A DNA stretch of 64,000 bases from Salinispira sp. (GCA_965226555.1 CBDDDG010000002.1:32001-96000), one strand, 5' to 3'; shown: positions 31,875 to 43,846, numbered from the stretch's first letter. The notes: a model not told the origin generated them from the sequence alone. Numbers and translations are program-made.

Positions 31875-32077
31875 AAAGATAATGTAGCATCTGTTCGTAC
31901 CGATGGCAATAAAACACCGTCCTTATTGCGCGGCCTTACTGACAACAGAAAAAAGCGCCTCTCATTGAATTCGCCCGTTGGGGAAGTTCTGGAAATTTTC
32001 TATGTAATGTTGACATTCGCCCCCCAATGTCGATATTATGTGCTATACTCTAAATAAGAAACCTTTCTACGCCCTCT

Positions 32078-34417
32078 GTGCTGTGGGGTTTTCTCATCAT
32101 ACTGACATTGCTCGTCGCGGCCTGCCCAATGTCGAAACCAACACCAGTGCCCATGGACATGGATACATCGCCCCTAATAGGCGTGTGGACCGCGGATAAT
32201 GGGTTTCATACCATAGAATTCACCGCCACAATGTACATAGACAAGTTTTCGGGTTTGATTTGTGATTACACGGATAACGGGAACTCAATTACGCTCAGTA
32301 ATTGTATGGGAGTCGAAGGAGCGGAAAACCTTAATGGGGCAACGGTAGAGTATACCATTGATGGAGATACCTTAACATTTGATGGCACTACCTATACCCG
32401 GCAGAATTCAGATGTACCTGAACCAACCGTGCCGGGCACCATGGCTGCCCCAAGCCTTGAAGCGGGGAATGAGCAACTAAGGGTTAACTGGACTGCGCCG
32501 GAAGAAACCGGCGATAGTGAAATTACCGCGTATGAACTTCGCCATAGCGATGACGGCGGGAGCAGCTGGTCGGAGGACATTACTACAGCCGACGCGCCAG
32601 CCACAGAGACCATCATCACGGGACTGACAAACGGCACCCCCTACGTCGCGCAGGTGCGCGCACGGAACAGCGCGGGCGCAGGCGAATGGTCGGAATCGAG
32701 CGCAGAAGCAACACCTATTGGCGTTTCCCTCGCGCCGAATGGGTTCATGCTTGCAGTGAGTATGCAAACAATTACCGCAACATGGACTGCGCCGACCGAT
32801 ACTGGCGACAGCCCCATTATTCGCTATGAACTGCAACATCGCGTAGCCGGAGTAAGCGCGTGGGAACCTGTCATTGCCACCGCCGATGCCGACACCCTGA
32901 CTCTCCCCATCCCCAACCTGACAAAAGGTGCCGAGTACGAGGTGCAGGTCTACGCTGTCAATGGTCAGGGCAATGGTAACCCAACGGAAATTAAGAAAAT
33001 AACAATTCCGGCTACCAAACCCAGCGCGATGAATGCTCCCACGCTCACAACCGGAGACAACAATCTCACAGCGACATGGACAGCACCCGATGATGACGGA
33101 GGCAGCGCAATTACCGCGTACCATGTGCAGTATAGTTCAGACGGCGAAAGCGCTTGGACGGCGGTCACCGACATTATAAGTGCTACTGCCGCAAGCCACA
33201 CCATTACGGGACTGGTAAGCGGTACCTCCTACAATGTGCAGGTGCGCGCCGTCAATGCGGTGGACAATGGCGACTGGTCTGCATCCGCAACGGAAACGGC
33301 GCGGATTATTGGAACACAGGCTCCCTTTGGTACGGCAGCATCCGTCATTCTTTCGGCTGCTATTAATACCCAAATTGCCGATGAGATCCTCACCGTTACT
33401 TTGGCTACGGCTACTACCCCGGTCGCAGGGGTTACCGTTGCCCTGCCGACAGTTAATGCAAGTACCGGAATTATTACGGTTACCGCAACAACAACGGCAG
33501 GAACATATGTGGTATCCGGCGCAACCGGAGGAGAAAACAAGTTTACCGAAAAGTTTTATGTTACCGTGAGTCCTACTACTAACGCCGAACTGGACACACA
33601 GGTAGCTGCGGGGATATCAACTTGGGGCAATACTGCCGATCTCAACTACATTGTTACCACGGCAGTAACGGATATGTTAGGGGTATTCCTCGGTGCATAC
33701 TTATTCAATCAAGATATCTCCGGTTGGGATGTCAGTTCGGTAACGAATATGAGAAGTATGTTAAGGGGCGCAAATTCATTCAATGGCGATATCTCCGGTT
33801 GGGATGTCAGTAAGGTAACGGATATGTCCAATATATTCTATGAAGCAGCCAAATTCAATAGCGATATCTCTAGCTGGAATGTCAGTAAGGTAACGAATAT
33901 GTTCAGTATGTTTAGGAATGCAGGCGAATTCAATATCGATATCTCCAGTTGGGATGTCAGTAAGGTAACGAATATGTCCAATATGTTCTATGAAGCAACC
34001 AAATTCAATAGCAATATCTCCCAATGGACGACTAACGCTGTAGAGGATATGGCCAGTATGTTCGCCGCAGCACAGGCATTCAATGCCGATATTTCCGAAT
34101 GGGATGTCAGTAAGGTAACGAATATGTCCCTTATGTTCTTTGGGGCGCAAGCATTCAATGCCAATATTTCCAGCTGGAATGTCGATAAGGTAACGAATAT
34201 GAGACGGATGTTCAGTGGCGCAACCGCATTCAGTCAAGATCTTAACAACTGGGCGAAGGATGCGAATGGTAACAACTTGACCACTGGCAGCTGGAACAAT
34301 GGCACATATACCGGAAACAAAACAAGTATGTTTGTGGATTCCGGCTTGGATTCGGGTGATACAACGGATCCGGAGACTGCTGTGACCCAACCGAATTATC
34401 CATCATGGTATTGGTAG
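32078..34417 (+). CDS. FN3 (x3) + DUF285/BspA-like repeat (x8) surface lipoprotein; native RBS/ATG deleted
   Basis: Lipobox LVAAC; N-terminus near-identical to 4510 gene but lacks the 4489-4538 equivalent. Confidence 0.8.
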   Translation: MLWGFLIILTLLVAACPMSKPTPVPMDMDTSPLIGVWTADNGFHTIEFTATMYIDKFSGLICDYTDNGNSITLSNCMGVEGAENLNGATVEYTIDGDTLTFDGTTYTRQNSDVPEPTVPGTMAAPSLEAGNEQLRVNWTAPEETGDSEITAYELRHSDDGGSSWSEDITTADAPATETIITGLTNGTPYVAQVRARNSAGAGEWSESSAEATPIGVSLAPNGFMLAVSMQTITATWTAPTDTGDSPIIRYELQHRVAGVSAWEPVIATADADTLTLPIPNLTKGAEYEVQVYAVNGQGNGNPTEIKKITIPATKPSAMNAPTLTTGDNNLTATWTAPDDDGGSAITAYHVQYSSDGESAWTAVTDIISATAASHTITGLVSGTSYNVQVRAVNAVDNGDWSASATETARIIGTQAPFGTAASVILSAAINTQIADEILTVTLATATTPVAGVTVALPTVNASTGIITVTATTTAGTYVVSGATGGENKFTEKFYVTVSPTTNAELDTQVAAGISTWGNTADLNYIVTTAVTDMLGVFLGAYLFNQDISGWDVSSVTNMRSMLRGANSFNGDISGWDVSKVTDMSNIFYEAAKFNSDISSWNVSKVTNMFSMFRNAGEFNIDISSWDVSKVTNMSNMFYEATKFNSNISQWTTNAVEDMASMFAAAQAFNADISEWDVSKVTNMSLMFFGAQAFNANISSWNVDKVTNMRRMFSGATAFSQDLNNWAKDANGNNLTTGSWNNGTYTGNKTSMFVDSGLDSGDTTDPETAVTQPNYPSWYW

Positions 34418-34460
34418 TTTCATAGCCCGCAGGAGCTATTGAAACGCTGCAATTCAACTC

Positions 34461-34497
34461 AGGCAGGCGCGGATTTCCCCCCGTGCCTGCCTTTTTT
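34461..34497 (+). terminator. Intrinsic terminator
   Basis: aggcaggcgcgg / ccgtgcctgcct stem followed by T-run. Confidence 0.75.
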
Positions 34498-34751
34498 CGA
34501 TAGCTTGCCTATGCGACGGGATCAGGCTAATATCCCAAAATAATAGAAACTTTTTACAAAAATTTCTCATTTTGTCATTCACCATTCATATGTAACCCGT
34601 CTATATGGTATGAGCAAAAAATATATCAACACAGAGCATACCAGCCCCCATTCCCGACTCCCTGAAAAAAATTCACACATTTTGCAAAATTCTTTCAAAA
34701 TACATAGTTAAAAATGACTTTTCTCCCGTTATAGATATAGGAGGAATGTTT

Positions 34752-36084
34752 ATGAAAAAATCATCCCAGAGCACAGGCCATATCCACGACATAGCCTTCA
34801 AGATCGCCTACTACAGAACCCCCCGTATGATTCTCGACCTGCTGCGGCTGTTCTGTGAGGATACAACGCTTTCCAAGATGGACATGGACAAAATCCGCAT
34901 TGAAACCCCCAGCTACATTGCAGGAAAAAAGAACCTTCTCTGCGATCTCGTTGTCAGCGCCCCCTTCCTGTCAGACCCCGAGCGGAAAGCTCTGTTTATT
35001 ACTGAAAATTTTGCTCCGCAAAATTTTCAAATGAGGATTCTCTCATCTATACTCTTGATTCTCTCACGGTATAGAAAGTTTTGCCTTGGAAAATTGTGCA
35101 AGCACAATTTCCAGTAGCAAAACTTTTGTATTGAACATAAAAGCTACCAGCACAAACATGCGCTTACTCAAATCGATAACTATCAATATGCCCTCAGAAA
35201 CAGCAATGTGTACAATGAAAATGATGCTATCTATATACTGCTGCTCTACCATGGAAAAAATGAATGGAACCTCCCACTCACATTTTACAGTTCACATGGA
35301 AATGCTGCTTCCGAATCCATGATCGAAGGCACGGTAGATGTCAAGGTGAAAGTGTCGTACATTGTGCGCGATCTGAGGCGAATGACAAAGAAGCAGTTGG
35401 CATGGCGTTCCGATGAAAAACGATATACATCGACTGCATTGTGGTATATAATGCGAGATAATAAAATGGATGCTGAGGGGCTGAAAGAAATTGCGCAGCT
35501 CCTGAACGGTCTGTCTTCACAAGACTTTACTGATCTGGCAGAGAGTGTGCTGGGCTATCTAAAAGATCTGGGACTGTATGAACAGTTTGAGAAAATTAAC
35601 AGGAAACTATATCCTAGACAAAGTTTTGCCACAGGCAAAACTTTCTACAAAATGAGAGAATGCCAAGCGCAACGAGGTCTGCCAAATGTGAAACTTTTGC
35701 TACTGGAAATTGTGCTCTGCACAATTTTCCAATGCAAAAGTTTCAGGAGGAGAAAACAGTATGCGGACATATAATATTACCAACGCCTTCGTCAGGGAAG
35801 GCATTGCGAAGGGCCGGATTGAGGGTCTTGAACAGGGTATGGAGAAAGGTATTCTGAAAGGCCGGGTTGAAGGTCTTGAGCAGGGAATGGAGAAAGGCAT
35901 TCTGAAAGGAATGGAGAGAGGTATTCTGAAAGGCCAACAGGAAGGACTGCGAACAGGTCGTGAAGAAGGCATTCGAGAAACGGCTCGCAGTATGTTTTCC
36001 AAAGGATTTTCAGCCCATGACATTCAGGATGTTACCGGGCTGAGCGATGAGGAAATTCGGACAGTGCGGAACGGATCGCATTAA
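34752..36084 (+). pseudogene. Rpn type A copy 2; inserts at 35002-35128 (in-frame TAG) and 35616-35745 (frameshift); RpnS-like ORF 35761-36084
   Basis: Alignment by eye with 8328-9482. Confidence 0.85.
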
Positions 36085-36200
36085 TTATCGCCGATCGGCC
36101 TGCTCGCCATGCGTCTGTTGCTGAGACGGGGGCTGGTCGGAGGCTTGCGCATCCTGGGCTGATCGGCGTTGCACGCCTGCTCGCCCAAGCGGCGGGGTTA
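36085..36200. repeat. GC-rich REP-like junction repeat
   Basis: Same motifs at 37715-37845, 39392-39570, 42031-42160. Confidence 0.7.
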
Positions 36201-36613
36201 GGTCAATATCTCAAAATAATAGAAACTTTTTGAAAAACTTTCTCATGTTATCATTCACCGTTCATATGTAACCCGTCTATATGGTATGAGCAAAAAATAT
36301 ATCGGCATGGTACACGCTGGAAATATGTTTTCGGGAATATTCAGATATTCCGGGATTTCATATATTCATACTTCAACAAAGACCTCGCACGGAGCATGGA
36401 GAGCATCAACACAGAGCATACCAGCCCCCATTCCCGACTCCCTGAAAAAAATTCACACATTTTGCAAAATTCTTTCCACATACATAGTCAAGAATGACTT
36501 TTTACCCGTTATAGATGTAGGAGGGGAGAATTCACCATGGCATCACATCGCCATGGGAGCTCCTCCCCTATTCAGAAAAAAACGTTCAGAAAAAAACCTT
36601 CAGGAGAAATTAT

Positions 36614-37714
36614 ATGATCGATTTCAAAGAAAAACCCGCCCCCGTTCCCTACGACCAAGGCTACCGCTCCCTGCTGTTCCAACCCGCAATAATGCTCCAA
36701 TTTCTTCAACGCTTTGTCGGAGGCGCATGGACGAAAAAACTCCGCCGTGAGGATATAACCATCGAAAACGGTACCTTTTTCATCGACCATGCGAAAACAC
36801 GAATGGCCGACATTGTCTGCAAAATCAGGACTCGGGATCACACGGGAGATGTTGCTATCTATGTGCTCCTTGAGCATCAGTCCGGCGTGGACAAAGACAT
36901 GCCCCTCCGCATGTCGGAGTACACAAACCTTCTCTATCGGCACATTCACCGCTCTGGCGCAATTCCCGATGACTGCGAGTTGATATTTCTGCCCATTGTG
37001 TTTTATAATGGTACGAGAAAATGGAAGGTGCCCGGGAATGTCAGAAAGCAACGGAAGCGGAAATTCCCGCAGTATCTTGCTCCTTTTCCCTACGATCTTA
37101 TTAGCGAGAGCGATTATTCTGCGGAGCAGCTGCAGCAGCGGGGAAGAATGTTTGCGGCTGTTATGTACCTTGATCTGTACTCGAAAAATCTGCTGAATAC
37201 GGATTGGGACATTCAGATAGTAGAGAAAGCGATAGCAGAAATGCTGAATGAGGAATCGCTGGAGCTGATAGAGGAATTTATCGGCGTGATAGATTCGATG
37301 TTCGGAATTGTTATAGACTTCGATACGTTAATGAATCAATTAGAAAGAACAAAAGAACCGAGAGGTAAGGAGGTAGCGAAAATGTTCAGAATGAATGCGG
37401 AAACATTCAAAGCGCGCATTGCGGAGATGGGTCGGCAGGAAGGACTACAGACAGGATTGCAAACAGGTCGACAGGAAGGTCGTGAAGAAGGATTGCAGGA
37501 AGGACTTCAGACAGGACTTCAGACAGGTCGGCAGGAAGGACTGCGGACAGGTCGGCAGGAAGGACTACAGACAGGTCGCGCGGAGGGGCATATTGAGGAG
37601 CGGAGAAAAAACGCCCGCAGTATGTTTTTGGAAGGGTTGTCGACCGAGGCTGTTCAGAGAATTACCGGGCTGAGCGATGAGGAAATTCTGACAGTGCGGA
37701 ACGGATCGCATTAA
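36614..37714 (+). CDS. Rpn-family nuclease type B (intact, 366 aa); internal RpnS start 37382
   Basis: YDQGYRSL, ADIV, YVLLEHQS, MPLRM, PIVFYNG..KW; AAGGAGGT 37367-37374. Confidence 0.9.
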   Translation: MIDFKEKPAPVPYDQGYRSLLFQPAIMLQFLQRFVGGAWTKKLRREDITIENGTFFIDHAKTRMADIVCKIRTRDHTGDVAIYVLLEHQSGVDKDMPLRMSEYTNLLYRHIHRSGAIPDDCELIFLPIVFYNGTRKWKVPGNVRKQRKRKFPQYLAPFPYDLISESDYSAEQLQQRGRMFAAVMYLDLYSKNLLNTDWDIQIVEKAIAEMLNEESLELIEEFIGVIDSMFGIVIDFDTLMNQLERTKEPRGKEVAKMFRMNAETFKARIAEMGRQEGLQTGLQTGRQEGREEGLQEGLQTGLQTGRQEGLRTGRQEGLQTGRAEGHIEERRKNARSMFLEGLSTEAVQRITGLSDEEILTVRNGSH

Positions 37715-37943
37715 TTATCACCGCTCGGCCTGCTCGCCATGCGTCTGTTGCTGAGACGGGGGCTGGTCGGAGGCTTGCGCATCCTGGGCTGGTCGCGCTT
37801 CAGCGCTACTCGCCCGGGCATCCGGCTCGCCATGCGTCTGGATCAGGTCAATATCCCAAAATAATAGAAACTTTCTGCAAAACTTTCCCATTTTGTCATT
37901 CATATCTCGTTTTTCTCTCGTCACAGATATAGGAGGAATATTT

Positions 37944-39391
37944 ATGAAAAAATCATCCCAGAGCACAGGCCATATCCACGACATAGCCTTCAAGATCGCC
38001 TACTACAGAACCCCCCGTATGATTCCCGACCTGCTACGGCTGTTCTGTGAGGATACAACGCTTTCCAAGATGGACATGGACAAAATCCGCATTGAAACCC
38101 CCAGCTACATTGCAGGAAAAAAGAACCTTCTCTGCGATCTCGTTGTCAGCGCCCCCTTCCTGTCAGACCCCGAGCGGAAAGCTCTGTTTATTACTGAAAA
38201 TTTTGCTCCGCAAAATTTTCAAATGAGGATTCTCTCATCTATACTCTTGATTCTCTTACGGTATAGAAAGTTTTGCCTTGGAAAATTGTGCAAGCACAAT
38301 TTCCAGTAGCAAAACTTTTGTATTGAGCACAAAAGCTACCAGCATAAACATGCTCTCACTCAAATCGATGACTATCAGCATGCCCTCAGAAACAGCAATG
38401 TGTACAATGAAAATGATGCTATCTATATACTTCTGTTCTACCACGGAAAAAAGGAATGGAACCTCCCACTCACATTTTACAGTTCTCATGGAAATGCTGC
38501 TTCCGAATCTATGACTGAAGGCACGGTAGATGTCAGGGCGAGAGTGTCGTACATTGTGCGCGATCTGAGGCGAATGACAAAGGATCAGTTGGCATGGCGC
38601 TCCGATCAGCGCTTCAATGGAAAACGATATACATCAACTGCGTTGTGGTATATTATGAGAGATAATAACAAAGTTTTTCCTAAAGGAAAAACTTTCTATA
38701 CCGTGAGAGAATCAAGAGTATAGATGAGAGAATCCTCATTTGAAAATTGTGCAGAGCACAATTTTCAGTGAAATGAACGCTGAGGGGCTGAAAGAGATTG
38801 CGCGGCTCCTGAACGGTTTGTCATCACAAGACTTTACTGATCTGGCAGAGAGTGTGCTAGGTTACCTGAAGGACTTGGGACTGTATGAACAGTTTGAGAA
38901 AATTGACAGGGAACTGTACCCTAGACAAAGTTTTGCCACAGGCAAAACTTTCTACAAAATGAGAGAATGCCAAGCGCAACGAGGTCTGCCAAATGTGAAA
39001 CTTTTGCTACTGGAAATTGTGCTCTGCACAATTTTCCAATGCAAAAGTTTCAGGAGGAGAAAACAGTATGCGGACATATAACATAACCAACGCCTTCGTC
39101 AGGGAAGGCATTGCGAAGGGCCGGATTGAGGGTCTTGAACAGGGTATGGAGAAAGGTATTCTGAAAGGCCGGGTTGAAGGTCTTGAGCAGGGAATGGAGA
39201 AAGGCATTCTGAAAGGAATGGAGAGAGGTATTCTGAAAGGCCAACAGGAAGGACTGCGAACAGGTCGTGAAGAAGGCATTCGAGAAACGGCTCGCAGTAT
39301 GTTTTCCAAAGGATTTTCAGCCCATGACATTCAGGATGTTACCGGGCTGAGCGATGAGGAAATTCGGACAGTGCGGAACGGATCGCATTAA
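37944..39391 (+). pseudogene. Rpn type A copy 3 with three inserts (38194-38320, 38667-38769, 38923-39052); RpnS-like ORF 39068-39391
   Basis: Comparison with empty sites in 8328 copy. Confidence 0.85.
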
Positions 39392-40536
39392 TTATCGCCG
39401 ATCGGCCTGCTCGCCATGCGTCTGTTGCTGAGACGGGGGCTGGTCGGAGGCTTGCGCATCCTGGGCTGGTCGCGCTTCCGCGCTGCTCGCCATGCAGCCG
39501 GGCTGGTCGGAGGCTTGCACCTCCTGGGCTGATCGGCGTTGCACGCCTGCTCGCCCAAGCGGCGGGGTTAGGTCAATATCTCAAAATAATAGAAACTTTC
39601 TGCAAAACTTTCCCATTTTGTCATTCACCGTTCATATGTAACCCGTCTATATGGTATGAGCAAAAAATATATCGACACAGAGCATACCAGCCCCCCATTC
39701 CCGACTCCCTGAAAAAAATTCACACATTTTGCAAAATTCTTTCCACATACATAGTCAAGAATGACTTTTTACCCGTTATAGATGTAGGAGGGGAGAATTC
39801 ACCATGGCATCACATCGCCATGGGAGCTCACCTATTCAATAAGAAACGTTCAGAAAAAACATTCAGGAGGATTGTATGATCGATTTCAAAGAAAAACCCG
39901 CCCCCGTTCCCTACGACCAAGGATACCGCTCCCTGCTGTTCCAACCCGCAATAATGCTCCAATTTCTTCAACGCTTTGTCGGAGGCGCATGGACGAAAAA
40001 CCTGCGAACCGAGGATATAACCATCGAAAACGGTACCTTTTTCATTGACCATGCGAAAACACGAATGGCCGACATCGTCTGCAAAATCAGAAGTCGGGAT
40101 CATACGGGAGATGTTGCTATCTATGTGCTCCTTGAGCATCAGTCTGGAGTGGACAAAGACATGCCTCTCCGCATGTCGGAGTACACGAATCTGCTCTATC
40201 GGAACATTCACCGCTCCGGCGAAATTCCCGATGACTGCGAGTTGGTATTTCTGCCCATTGTGTTCTATAATGGAACTCGAAAATGGAAGGTGCCAGGGAA
40301 TGTCAGGGAGCAACGGAAGCGGGAATTCCCGCAGTATCTTGCTCCTTTTCCTTATGATCTTATTAACGAGAGCGATTATTCTGCGGAGCAGTTGCAGCAG
40401 CGGGGAAGAATGTTTGCGGCTGTTATGTACCTTGATCTGTACTCGAAAAATCTGCTGAATACGGATTGGGACATTCGGAAGGTAGAGAAAGCGATAGCAG
40501 AAATGCTGAATGAGGAATCGCTGGAGCTGATAAAGG

Positions 40537-41647
40537 GCTGGATTCAACATTTGAAGTGCACCACTTCGGGCCCACTGTGAGATAGTTTAAGCATTCTATC
40601 AAAAGCTTCCTGCGGTGTCAAATAGTTCAGAATTTTTCGCGGTCGATTGTTGAGCGACCGCTGAAACTCCAGTATTTTCCCTGCGTCAATCATATTGAAA
40701 TCGCAGGACTTGGGAAATTGTCGGCGTATGAGACCGTTGGTGTTCTCTACCGTTCCCTTTTCCCAACTGTGATACGGCTGGCAAAAATATACCTGCATAC
40801 CAGTCAGCCGCTCAATGTTCTTATGACGAGCGTTCTCGCTTCCGTTGTCGAGAGTGAGTGTCCTCCGCAGGGCGGGGGGCAATGACCCGAGCAGCGAAAT
40901 GGCATGATGAGCAAAGGTAAATGATGTTCTATCCGCAAGCGGAGCAATGAAGGTCATCCGGGTTGCCCGTTCAACAAATACCGCCACAGCGCTGCGCTGA
41001 CCCTTTCCAATTATACAATCGCCTTCCCAATGTCCTTCCTCGACACGGGCGTCAACCTCTTTTGGGCGCTCGCTAATTCCTTTCTTGCCAACGACATCGG
41101 GGTTCTTCTTACAATAAGCTCTCCGGTCGCAGCGTCTCTTCCGTTTCTTTCTCCGGGTCGGCAGCAGAACGCACCACTGACGATTTTTCGGTCGGTAACA
41201 ATACTGGTAAATGGCTTCATGGCTTATCGATTGACCGGTAATATCAATACCAATGCGCCCTGAGATTTGCTCGGGAGACCAGCTGCATTCCAGCTTTTCA
41301 TGAACATAGTTCAGGACAATATCATTTTTCAGATGCGTATACTGACCTTTGTTTTTCCGACGCTCCCGCGCCTTCCGCTGAGCCTGAATCGCCACATACC
41401 GCCCGTGATCATTCCGGTTACGGTTCAATTCGCGGTAAATGGTCGTATGGCAACACCCAATGGCCCGGGCTATCTCCCTGACGGGATATCCTTTTCGCAG
41501 ATAATAGGCAATATCCTCATCACTTATCCGTATCCAACTGATTATACTGTCTGTGCACCACCTTTTTGTCCTCCTCGTAGTGGTTTTTTCTTATACTCAC
41601 TATATCTCAGAGGGCGGGGAGGTGGTGCACTTATGGTTGAATTCACC
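40537..41647 (-). mobile_element. IS30-family element, 1111 bp, AGG target duplication
   Basis: IRs gctggattcaacatttgaagtgcaccac / gtggtgcacttatggttgaattcacc; AGG at 40534-40536 and 41648-41650. Confidence 0.93.
40544..41561 (-). pseudogene. IS30 transposase, apparent frameshift near 41520
   Basis: WSPEQI, GHWEGD, TLDNGSE, WEKGTVENTNGLIR, NNRPRK; GTG 41561 with GGAGG RBS stops after 13 codons while HTH continues in another frame. Confidence 0.75.
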
Positions 41648-42263
41648 AGGAATTTGTCGGCGTGGTAGATTCGATGTTCGGAATTGTTATAGACTTTGAC
41701 ACGCTAATGAACCAATTACAAAGAACAAAAGAACCGAGAGGTAAGGAGGTAGCGAAAATGTTCAGAATGAATGCGGAAACATTCAGAGCGCGCATTGCGG
41801 AAATGGGTCGGCAGGAAGGATTGCAGACAGGTCGGCAGGAAGGACTGCAGACAGGACTGCGAACAGGTCGGCAGGAAGGACTACAGGCAGGTCGCGCGGA
41901 GGGGCATATTGAGGAGCGGAGAAAAAACGCCCGCAGTATGTTTTTGGAAGGGTTGTCGACCGAGGCTGTTCAGAGAATTACCGGGCTGAGCGATGAGGAA
42001 ATTCTGACAGTGCGGAACGGATCGCATTAATTATCACCGCTCGGCCTGCTCGCCATGCGTCTGTTGCTGAGACGGGGGCTGGTCGGAGGCGTGCGCCTCC
42101 TGGGCTGGTCGCGCTTCAGCGCTACTCGCCCGGGCATCCGGCTCGCCATGCGGCGGGCTGATCAAACAGTAATATCCCAAAATAATAGAAACTTTTTCAA
42201 AAACTTTCTCATTTTATCATTTATATCTCGTTTTTCTCTCGTCACAGATGTAGGAGGAAGAAT

Positions 42264-43563
42264 ATGAAAAAATCATCCCACAGCACAGGCCACATCCACG
42301 ACATAGCCTTCAAGATCGCCTACTACAGAACCCCCCGTATGATTCCCGATCTGCTGCGGCTGTTCTGTGAGGATACAACACTTGCCAAGCTGGACCTGGG
42401 CAAAATCCGCATTGAAACCCCCAGCTACATTGCAGGAAAAAAGAACCTTCACTGCGATCTCGTTGTCAGCGCCCCCTTCCTGTCAGATCCCGAGCGGAAA
42501 GCTCTATTTATTACTGAAAATTTTGCTCCGCAAAATTTTCAAATGAGGATTCTCTCATCTATACTCTTGATTCTCTCACGGTATAGAAAGTTTTGCCTTG
42601 GAAAATTGTGCAAGCACAATTTCCAGTAGCAAAACTTTTGTATTGAACACAAAAGCTACCTGAATAAACATGCTCTCACACAGATTGATGACTATCAGCA
42701 TGCCCTCAGAAACAGCAATGTGTACAATGAAAATGATGCTATCTATATACTGCTGCTCTACCATGGAAAAAATGAATGGAACCTCCCACTCACATTTTAC
42801 AGTTCACATGGAAATGCTGCTTCCGAATCCCTTACCGAAGGCACAGTGGATGTCAGGGTAAAAGTGTCGTACATTGTGCGCGATCTGGGGCGAATGACAA
42901 AGAATCAATTGGCATGGCGTTTCGATGGAAAACGATATACATCGACTGCGTTGTGGTATATAATGCGAGATAATAAAATGGATGCTGAGGGGCTGAAAGA
43001 AATTGCGCAGCTCCTGAACGGTCTGTCTTCACAAGACTTTACTGATCTGGCAGAGAGTGTGCTGGGCTATCTAAAAGATCTGGGACTGTATGAACAGTTT
43101 GAGAAAATTAACAGGAAACTATATCCTAGACAAAGTTTTGCCACAGGCAAAACTTTCTACAAAATGGGAGAATGCCAAGCGCAACGATGCATGCCAAATT
43201 TGAAACTTTTGCTACTGGAAATTGTGCTCTGCACAATTTTCCAATGCAAAAGTTTCAGGAGGAGAAAACAGTATGCGGACATATAATATTACCAACGCCT
43301 TCGTCAGGGAAGGCATTGCGAAGGGCCGGATTGAGGGTCTTGAACAGGGTATGGAGAAAGGTATTCTGAAAGGAATGGAAAAGGGCATTCTGAAAGGCCG
43401 GGTTGAAGGTCTTGAGCAAGGACAAGCTGAGAACCAGCGTGAGATTGCACTCAGAATGCTCAGGAAGGGTCTGTCGATAGACCTTATTCATGAGTACACC
43501 GAGCTCAGCGGGGATGAAATTCGAGCATTTCAGAAAAACGCCCAAGAAAACGGTAAAAAATAG
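42264..43563 (+). pseudogene. Rpn type A copy 4; inserts 42514-42640 and 43128-43257; RpnS-like ORF 43273-43563
   Basis: As other type A copies. Confidence 0.85.
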
Positions 43564-43723
43564 CAGCACAGCCCGAACCTGCCTTGGATCAAACATTAAT
43601 ATCCGCACATTGCACTATCCCACATTCAATACCCGCATTACTGGACAATTACTGAAGCCTTTAGTATATTATATGCTTGTACATCACGTTACGTTCATGG
43701 AAAGTTTCTCATGTACTAATTAC

Positions 43724-43796
43724 GGCGCCGTACCCAAGTGGCTAAGGGAGAGGTCTGCAAAACCTTTATTCGCCGGTTCGATTCCGGCCGGCGCCT
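43724..43796 (+). tRNA. tRNA-Cys(GCA), CCA not encoded
   Basis: Acceptor ggcgccg/cggcgcc, anticodon loop ctGCAaa, T-loop GGTTCGATTCC. Confidence 0.95.
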
Positions 43797-43846
43797 GTTC
43801 ACCTCCACGCCATTCGTCCACGCCCGATCGTGCGCGACAGCGTTGC

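Larger units (their letters stand above)
39876..42030 (+). pseudogene. Rpn type B interrupted by IS30; RpnS-like ORF 41758-42030 intact
   Basis: ESLELIK|EFVGVVDSMFG rejoined on removing IS. Confidence 0.9.

Noticed and set aside
33660..34260. Diversity-generating retroelement target/template
   Set aside because: No reverse transcriptase in the window; 75-bp repeats are coding DUF285 units and differences are not adenine-restricted.
36085..42160. Integron attC cassettes
   Set aside because: Junction repeats show no consistent RYYYAAC/GTTRRRY cores and there is no intI.
43563..43800. tRNA-Cys as integration site for the Rpn array
   Set aside because: Array lies on the 5' side of the tRNA; no duplicated tRNA segment or integrase seen.
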